Origin: an uncultured virus (IMG/VR IMGVR_UViG_3300011741_000001)
Taxonomy: Duplodnaviria > Heunggongvirae > Uroviricota > Caudoviricetes
Direction: 5' to 3' (one strand)
Virus record (IMG/VR): IMGVR_UViG_3300011741_000001
Location: 62,001 to 126,000 of that record
DNA: 64,000 nucleotides
Shown here in pieces: positions 57,833-64,000 of this stretch. Every line of letters begins with the position of its first letter. Position 1 is the stretch's first letter. The notes beneath the pieces were generated by a model. The model ran no database searches. It was not told the DNA's origin and worked only from the letters and a program-made list of their open reading frames with translations. The position numbers and the translations under genes are program-made.

Positions 57833-60800
57833 ATGAGTGCGTATCCTTACGATTGGAAGGGGAGTGCCACGACCAATCAATTTACTGAGGAACGTATTCT
57901 CGAATCTGATATCCCTTCGGAACGTGTGCTGGTTCTCCAGCACCGTCCGTTCTTTGCCAACGGGTTAACAGTCAGACAACCGACTGCCACCAACCCGTTG
58001 ACGTTAGGGGTGGATTACGAGTTAGCGTATCAGTTAACGGAACTGGACGATGCCGTTGACGGGAAACTGTTCTGCGCGGTGAACGTCATCAACCCGCTTA
58101 TCAGTGGCCCGTTGGTTATTACCGGCCAGCATCTTGGGGGTACGTATTACGACGGACTGTTAGAGATACTCGACGATTTGGTGAAGCACCTGAATAACCC
58201 CACGTCGATGAGTTTCTATAACGTTGAGAATCGCCCGAGTCTGTACCCTCAGACCCCTGCTGCCACGTCGTGGGCAGATTTGCTGAACAAAAAGTACGTG
58301 GCCTCAGCGGTACACGATGTGGACTTGGATGCCGGCAGTGCGAACGACGCTATCAAAGCCAAACTCGCGCAGCTCAAAGCCACGATGGATGCCCTCGCGG
58401 CCGAAGTCGAAGCGTTTAACTATCCTGCCCACATCAACGCCAAGAACCCCCACGGTACTACTGCGGCCCAGATTGCCGCACACCCGATTTCCCTGAAAGC
58501 GGCGGATACCTTCCTCGCCTACGGGAAAACGTTCCGGCAGCTCACCGCCGAGATTCGTGCGTTAGGGTTGCAGCAGACGGATATCGACAAATACATTGCC
58601 ACGTACCCGTCGAAGGACATTCAGGGGACATTCGTGCAGTTGGTGCAAGCCAACCGTCCGTTGTTCAAATCCCGTAGTGGGGCGTCCAGTATCCTGTTCA
58701 CGGATACCGGGTTTGACCTGAAGACCAGTGGCGGTATTGCGCTGCGTGCCGGTTACAAAGGTGACACGGCGTATTTTGAATGGCAAGCCGGTTCGAACGT
58801 GATGCGCATCGAGTCGTCAGGCAATGCGTTGGGAATGGATAAGCTTTCCGTGAACGGGCGGCAGTTATTGACCACCACAACACTGATGGATTATCAGGGT
58901 ACCGGCGATGACGGTGGGGGAAGTGACCCGGATGACAGCAAGCTCTACGTGCAGTCACAGTCCGTGGAACTCACCACCGCAGGTAAAGGGTCGAAAGCTG
59001 ACCCGGTCACGTGGAACCTCACGCTCCCGAATGCCACTGCTTCCACTGACGGTGCGGTGACGTTAACGGACACGGCCAGTGATGTGGCGTCCGGTCAGGC
59101 AGTACGTCCACAGGCGGTTGCCGCGAACGATGCCAAACTCGCGACGTTCCTGCCCAAAGCGACCCGCCTGAACTCCCAGCCCATGGACGGGACAGGCCGT
59201 ACCTTGGGGAAAGCCGACATTGGCCTGAGCGATGCCGATAACACCGCGGACGTCGACAAAGCCATCTCGACCTACCTGCAAACCGGGCTGGACGGGAAGT
59301 CGGCCAAATCGCACAAACATGCGTGGGCGGACTTGGGGATTCTGCAAGCCACCACCGACGATTACGGCACGATTCGTATCGCGGTGAATGAAGCCGGCTT
59401 AGCCGCAGGACGTGGAACCGCACCGAACGTGTTGTATCAACTCCAGTTACAGCTCGCAGTGATTGCCGACAAACTCCAGGGTGCAAATCCGAAAGCCGTG
59501 GCAGATTACGCGGTGATTGGGGCATCAACGTGGAGTGTGGCCAGTTCTAAACTCGCGATGTCGGTTGTCGACCTGAAGTATTTCTACATGGCCGATGGCG
59601 GACGTAAAGAGGGGAAAGCATCCGGTTCGGTGAATCTCGAAACCACACCGATGTTTAACTGGTTCTCGCCGTACAACACGATTGAACGCAACTGGGCGAC
59701 CGGGTTGAAACACAACACCCAACTGCCGTTGTCATCAATTGTCACCACACTGCCTTTATACGCCACCACAATTGGCCTCACTGCGTCGCAGATGGGTGAC
59801 CTGTCCGTTATCTCCGTGTTGGCCAAAGAGCGCGTAGCGTGCTCCACAGGCCGTCTCAGGGTGATAGCCGCAGGTGGCGGAAATCTCAGTGTGTACATTG
59901 ATGGGGCATTAGTGGCATCCGGTGCCGCTACGGTGGATGCGGACTTTGACGTTGACCCGTCACTGAGCAGTCACTGTGTGGCAATCCGTGCGGACTGCAA
60001 TGATTCTACCAAACCGGCTGCCATGGTGTTTGAAATCTGGGACGGGCGTTTCCCGATAAGGGCGTCGTCAACCGAGACCAAACTCGTGCAACTGGCGGAG
60101 TTCATCGCACCGCAGAACAACCGTCACTTCCTGTACCTGAACATGTCGACGGGGTCGATGTTCGGGCGTGCTGAACCGATTGCATCTGACGATATCAACG
60201 TCACCCAGACGCTGATTGGGTACGTGGATTGTGGGGCAACCGGTCTTACTGCCACCACGGTAGCGTTTGAAACGGTCGCCGACTTCGGCGTCTTTGAGGA
60301 GTTATCCAATCACCAGAACACGGTACCGGCACACGTGCCGGCGTCAACGGACTGGTATCTGTCGGACAACACCAAAATGAAACGCATGGCCACCGTGTCA
60401 GACAAACCGGACTACATCGCCGCAGGGCCAAACGGTGGGGTGATCACCCAATCGCAGGCGGTGTTGTCGGTTGTGGCTCCGGCGAATGCGGCAGGGCAGT
60501 TATCGTTGTGGCTGGACACCAAATACAGTGGCCCGCAACAATGGATGACCCCGTCTAACCCGTACGAGAACGGTTTACTCACCTACGAAGGGTCGCTGGC
60601 CCTCTGGCTCCCGGCGAAAGCTGTGGTGGGAACGGATTTGTGGCTGACCTTTGCGCAGAAAGCGCGTAACGGGAAACACAAATACTTCCACGTGAACCCG
60701 TTCACGGACGCGGCAGAATACGGTTACCTGAACAGCATGGCCATTAACGGGGCTGCTATGGTTACCCGTACACCGGGTGACAGTGCACCGTTGGCCGTGT

Positions 60801-61864
60801 ACCCGTACAACATCAGCACCGCCACTGCAACCGACCCGAACACGTGGGGCGCTGTGGACACCTCTGTGTCTGAAACCCGCTACATTCTGCGCTACCGGTT
60901 TGTGCCGAAGACCAATACCCTGCGTCTGCAGTTCGTGTATTTCGAAAGTGACAGCGGTACCCCAACGGTACGCAACGTGACCTACGAGATGCCGTTTGAC
61001 GTGCGGGATTGCATGGGTGGGTTCGTGGGCTTTAACCGCAAGCAACAACTCGCGGCGAACACACACGCCCTCCACGCGGGCATCTATTTGTCCTCGGGTT
61101 ATCACGACTACAACTACTTCCGCAGTCTGTTTGAAGCGTACGTACGTGGGGCAGACATGGCCGTGCAGGGAACCGGTCGTGGGATTCAGCAGAAGGTACG
61201 GTCTTCCGGTATCCAGAACAACTGGTCTGCGTTGAACCAAACCACCGAGTTTATTGGCATCTCTACCACCGGCGGTAAGCCGCTGGCATCCGTCAATAAA
61301 TACGTGCCGCTGTTGCTCCACTTTGACCGACCTTTGCAGAACCAACCCACGGGACCAGAGATTACCAAAAATAAACTCTGGTCGGACACCGCGAACCCGT
61401 TACGGGGCACGCAGTTCTCAACCCCGTTTGCGTTGGTGACCACCGCACCGTGGGATTACGACTCCGTCAAATGGGACGTTATCTCGAACTACGCGGTACA
61501 GGGGACGGTCGGTAAACTGGGGATTGTATCGTTGTCACCGCAAGGCGGGAACACGCAGTCAGGAACCGGAACGACCGCAGGTGTCGGGTATAAAGGTGAT
61601 CAGGTGATTGCCAATATCAACCCGATTCAGGTGGCAGCACCGTTCTTCCTCGAATGTACGTTAACGTTCTCGAAAAACGGTGCAACGGTCGGCACGCTGA
61701 CCTTCGCGGATGCGGGGTTGGTTGTGAGTATGCAAGACACCGGCAGTGTGCTGTATCTGTGCAAATTCCATCCGTTTAACATGACCACGACCATGTGGGA
61801 TTGGGTAACGAATATAATGACCACAGAAGAGGGTGCCTCCACGACCCTCGGAGTTTGGAACTAA
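57833..61864 (+). CDS. Tail-fibre-like virion structural protein, paralogue B
   Basis: 1343 aa; RPFF..GVDY, NPHGTTAAQI, IGLSDADNTADVDK and HKH. Confidence 0.7.
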   Translation: MSAYPYDWKGSATTNQFTEERILESDIPSERVLVLQHRPFFANGLTVRQPTATNPLTLGVDYELAYQLTELDDAVDGKLFCAVNVINPLISGPLVITGQHLGGTYYDGLLEILDDLVKHLNNPTSMSFYNVENRPSLYPQTPAATSWADLLNKKYVASAVHDVDLDAGSANDAIKAKLAQLKATMDALAAEVEAFNYPAHINAKNPHGTTAAQIAAHPISLKAADTFLAYGKTFRQLTAEIRALGLQQTDIDKYIATYPSKDIQGTFVQLVQANRPLFKSRSGASSILFTDTGFDLKTSGGIALRAGYKGDTAYFEWQAGSNVMRIESSGNALGMDKLSVNGRQLLTTTTLMDYQGTGDDGGGSDPDDSKLYVQSQSVELTTAGKGSKADPVTWNLTLPNATASTDGAVTLTDTASDVASGQAVRPQAVAANDAKLATFLPKATRLNSQPMDGTGRTLGKADIGLSDADNTADVDKAISTYLQTGLDGKSAKSHKHAWADLGILQATTDDYGTIRIAVNEAGLAAGRGTAPNVLYQLQLQLAVIADKLQGANPKAVADYAVIGASTWSVASSKLAMSVVDLKYFYMADGGRKEGKASGSVNLETTPMFNWFSPYNTIERNWATGLKHNTQLPLSSIVTTLPLYATTIGLTASQMGDLSVISVLAKERVACSTGRLRVIAAGGGNLSVYIDGALVASGAATVDADFDVDPSLSSHCVAIRADCNDSTKPAAMVFEIWDGRFPIRASSTETKLVQLAEFIAPQNNRHFLYLNMSTGSMFGRAEPIASDDINVTQTLIGYVDCGATGLTATTVAFETVADFGVFEELSNHQNTVPAHVPASTDWYLSDNTKMKRMATVSDKPDYIAAGPNGGVITQSQAVLSVVAPANAAGQLSLWLDTKYSGPQQWMTPSNPYENGLLTYEGSLALWLPAKAVVGTDLWLTFAQKARNGKHKYFHVNPFTDAAEYGYLNSMAINGAAMVTRTPGDSAPLAVYPYNISTATATDPNTWGAVDTSVSETRYILRYRFVPKTNTLRLQFVYFESDSGTPTVRNVTYEMPFDVRDCMGGFVGFNRKQQLAANTHALHAGIYLSSGYHDYNYFRSLFEAYVRGADMAVQGTGRGIQQKVRSSGIQNNWSALNQTTEFIGISTTGGKPLASVNKYVPLLLHFDRPLQNQPTGPEITKNKLWSDTANPLRGTQFSTPFALVTTAPWDYDSVKWDVISNYAVQGTVGKLGIVSLSPQGGNTQSGTGTTAGVGYKGDQVIANINPIQVAAPFFLECTLTFSKNGATVGTLTFADAGLVVSMQDTGSVLYLCKFHPFNMTTTMWDWVTNIMTTEEGASTTLGVWN

Positions 61865-61873
61865 CGGGAACCC

Positions 61874-61932
61874 CTTACGGGCGACCCGTCCGTAAGCGCC
61901 GTCCCTTTCGGGGGACGGCTTCCGTTTTCTTT
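61874..61932 (+). terminator. Tandem hairpins / terminator
   Basis: CTTACGG...CCGTAAG, then GCCGTCCC-TTTCGG-GGGACGGC plus T-rich tail. Confidence 0.65.
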
Positions 61933-61950
61933 AAGAACTGGAGTTTACAC

Positions 61951-64000
61951 ATGGCAACGGATACCCCGGCCCAGTTTGACGGGACGTTGAAAGTCGCGAC
62001 GTACCCGAACCGTTACTCGACGGTTATTCCGCCGGAAGGCCCGTTCTATCGTACCGGGCTGGAAATCTCAATCAACACCGTGGTCAACGGCGTAACCCAA
62101 AAACAAATCCTGATTGAAGGGCTCGACTATTACCTCGGCTACTACTATAAAGAAGCCTCCGAGGCATTTAACGACGCCATCTTCGGCGGGATAATGCTCC
62201 TCAACGCCACCGAGTGTAACTACAGCTTATACTCTGCCGGGCGCGAATACCGCATTCCTCAAACGGAAATCGGTAAGTGGCTTGTGCGCGAAGACATGAA
62301 AGACCCGCGTAACGAAGACTGGTCTGCATTAATGTCTTACGCCCCGACCATCCCCGCTATCGATCCGCCGGCGGATATGGATGAAGCCATTCTGCGTGAC
62401 GAGATTGTCGCGGCACTGAATGACATCCGTAACGGACTGGTCGAACGCGCGTCTGAGATGGATGAGGCGTATGCGGACGTCACTGATTTAATCTACACCA
62501 CCGGGAAGAAGATTTTTGATGACGGGTTGTATCAACACCATCTGTTGAAATCACAGGGGCACTCGTACACGGCAGACGATATCGGCGCGTTGGGTGTCAG
62601 CGGTAAAGCGGTGGATGCCACCTACGCGTTTGGCATGGCGTTGAACACGTTAGTGACCATGATGTCCACCTCAGGCATTCAGGCCCAGCACCTCGCTCAG
62701 TTGATGCGTAATGACACCGCCCTGAACAACGTGTTCGGTCGCCTGCGGGTGCTCAACAACAACGTCTTAACGTACAACACCGCGAACAATGACCACGTCA
62801 TCACGTTCAAAGGGCCGAACATCCTCGTCTCCACCAAAAAGCCCCTGACCTTTACAGCAGATTCCGGTAACGGAAACGCAGGGCTGGCGGTTGAAATGGC
62901 AGCCGGGCTGAACACGCTGATGGTGCACTCGGGTAACGAAGCACTGGCTCCGGTGTTCAACGGCGTGTATTTGATTACCCCGGACATGGTGGAAATGTAC
63001 CTGCACGCGGTGACCCTGAAAGCGGCCAACGGGTACATGGCCTCGACCGACACCGTGAAAGTGTACGGTTCCGGTAAGTCTTACTCGCCGTTCCGTCTGG
63101 AAGCGAACCTGCCGGACGCGGAGGTTGGTCTCAAAGGGTTGGTGAAGGTCACCAATAACCGTGCGACCGTTACCCCGGGCTATGCCATTTCGCAGTCGGG
63201 CATTACTGCGATGCGTGATTTGCTGGCCAACTACGTGGATGACACGTACACGGTGAACGGCAAAAGCTTTGACGCCAATCAGGCAATTGTTCTCACCACC
63301 ACCGATGTTGGAGTGGAGAAGATGAACAACACCGCACCGGTGGATAAGCCGGTGACCAAAGCGTTAACAGTAGCACTCGCCGGTAAAGCCCTGTCAACAC
63401 ACACCCACACGCTGGCCGATGTCACGGACGTGCCGTACGCGTCCTCAACAGCCGCTGGACTGGTGTTGTTGTGGAACCTGTTGGATGAGTCAACCGATCG
63501 GGTGGTCACGTCTAAGCAGGGTTACACGCTGCAATTGACACTGGCGGATTTGGAGTCGAAAGCCGCCGGGTTAATCCCCACGTGGGCGGTGTTAGGGTCG
63601 TCGTACGGGAACCTGAGTTTCCTGCCGATTCCCACCTCCGGGAATTACACCGGTTTCGCCCAGTTGCTCACCAACGATGCGTCGGTTGTGGTAAAGGAAG
63701 AGAACAACAAGGTTTACGTGCTGCGTAACGCCAGTGACGGTTATCCCGGTTCAGAGAAGGTGCTCTACTGGTCAGCGGACATCGTTTCAAACCAGATAAC
63801 GAATGCCTCGCCGACAACCGCCCGTTACACACCGGCCGGTTTAGCAGCCATTGCACCGGGCGTGACCCTGAGTAAAATCATTGCACCGGGCGAAGACGGT
63901 GCGGTGTTTGTGGGCAGTGACAACAACTGGTATCTGGTGTTGTTTGACGGCACCATCAACATGGCCAAACACACCCGTGTCGCTCGCATTACTGTCCCTG
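61951..64000 (+). CDS. Tail-fibre-like virion structural protein, paralogue C, 3'-truncated (absent from ORF track)
   Basis: GGAG RBS; MATDTPAQF..EGPFYRTG..EGLDYYLG; later KGLVKV, NNTAPVDKPV and HTH. Start and window end are in the same frame. Confidence 0.8.
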   Translation, partial: MATDTPAQFDGTLKVATYPNRYSTVIPPEGPFYRTGLEISINTVVNGVTQKQILIEGLDYYLGYYYKEASEAFNDAIFGGIMLLNATECNYSLYSAGREYRIPQTEIGKWLVREDMKDPRNEDWSALMSYAPTIPAIDPPADMDEAILRDEIVAALNDIRNGLVERASEMDEAYADVTDLIYTTGKKIFDDGLYQHHLLKSQGHSYTADDIGALGVSGKAVDATYAFGMALNTLVTMMSTSGIQAQHLAQLMRNDTALNNVFGRLRVLNNNVLTYNTANNDHVITFKGPNILVSTKKPLTFTADSGNGNAGLAVEMAAGLNTLMVHSGNEALAPVFNGVYLITPDMVEMYLHAVTLKAANGYMASTDTVKVYGSGKSYSPFRLEANLPDAEVGLKGLVKVTNNRATVTPGYAISQSGITAMRDLLANYVDDTYTVNGKSFDANQAIVLTTTDVGVEKMNNTAPVDKPVTKALTVALAGKALSTHTHTLADVTDVPYASSTAAGLVLLWNLLDESTDRVVTSKQGYTLQLTLADLESKAAGLIPTWAVLGSSYGNLSFLPIPTSGNYTGFAQLLTNDASVVVKEENNKVYVLRNASDGYPGSEKVLYWSADIVSNQITNASPTTARYTPAGLAAIAPGVTLSKIIAPGEDGAVFVGSDNNWYLVLFDGTINMAKHTRVARITVP

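Noticed and set aside
1..64000. CRISPR array, tRNA/rRNA genes, integrase or transposase
   Set aside because: No spaced direct repeats, cloverleaf/T-loop signatures or recombinase motifs were seen by eye; tRNAscan-SE and a CRISPR finder would confirm.

Overview
A 64-kb segment of a phiKZ-related jumbo phage genome, most like the SPN3US/Erwinia jumbo-phage group, with a probable enterobacterial host. All homology calls are from motif recognition by eye; no database search was run. Core phiKZ-type genes: a giant tail lytic-transglycosylase protein (5'-truncated) and its partner, a virion RNA polymerase beta C-terminal subunit, a UvsX/RecA-like ATPase, RNase H, an SbcC/Rad50 ATPase, a baseplate spike and three paralogous tail-fibre-like proteins (the last 3'-truncated). 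thyA is split by an 849-nt group I intron (12377-13225) carrying a frameshifted HNH endonuclease. The accessory regions hold the most unusual elements: a free-standing peptide resembling the redox-active C-terminal tail of ribonucleotide reductase; a signal-less fragment of an outer-membrane beta-barrel; apparently inactivated MazG-like, DEDDh-exonuclease and ART-like proteins; NADAR-like and DarG-like ADP-ribose erasers; two tandem paralogue arrays; four 35-37 aa hydrophobic microproteins; and two DUF1471 proteins without signal peptides. Recurrent promoter-like motifs and intrinsic terminators are visible. No CRISPR array, tRNA or rRNA was seen.
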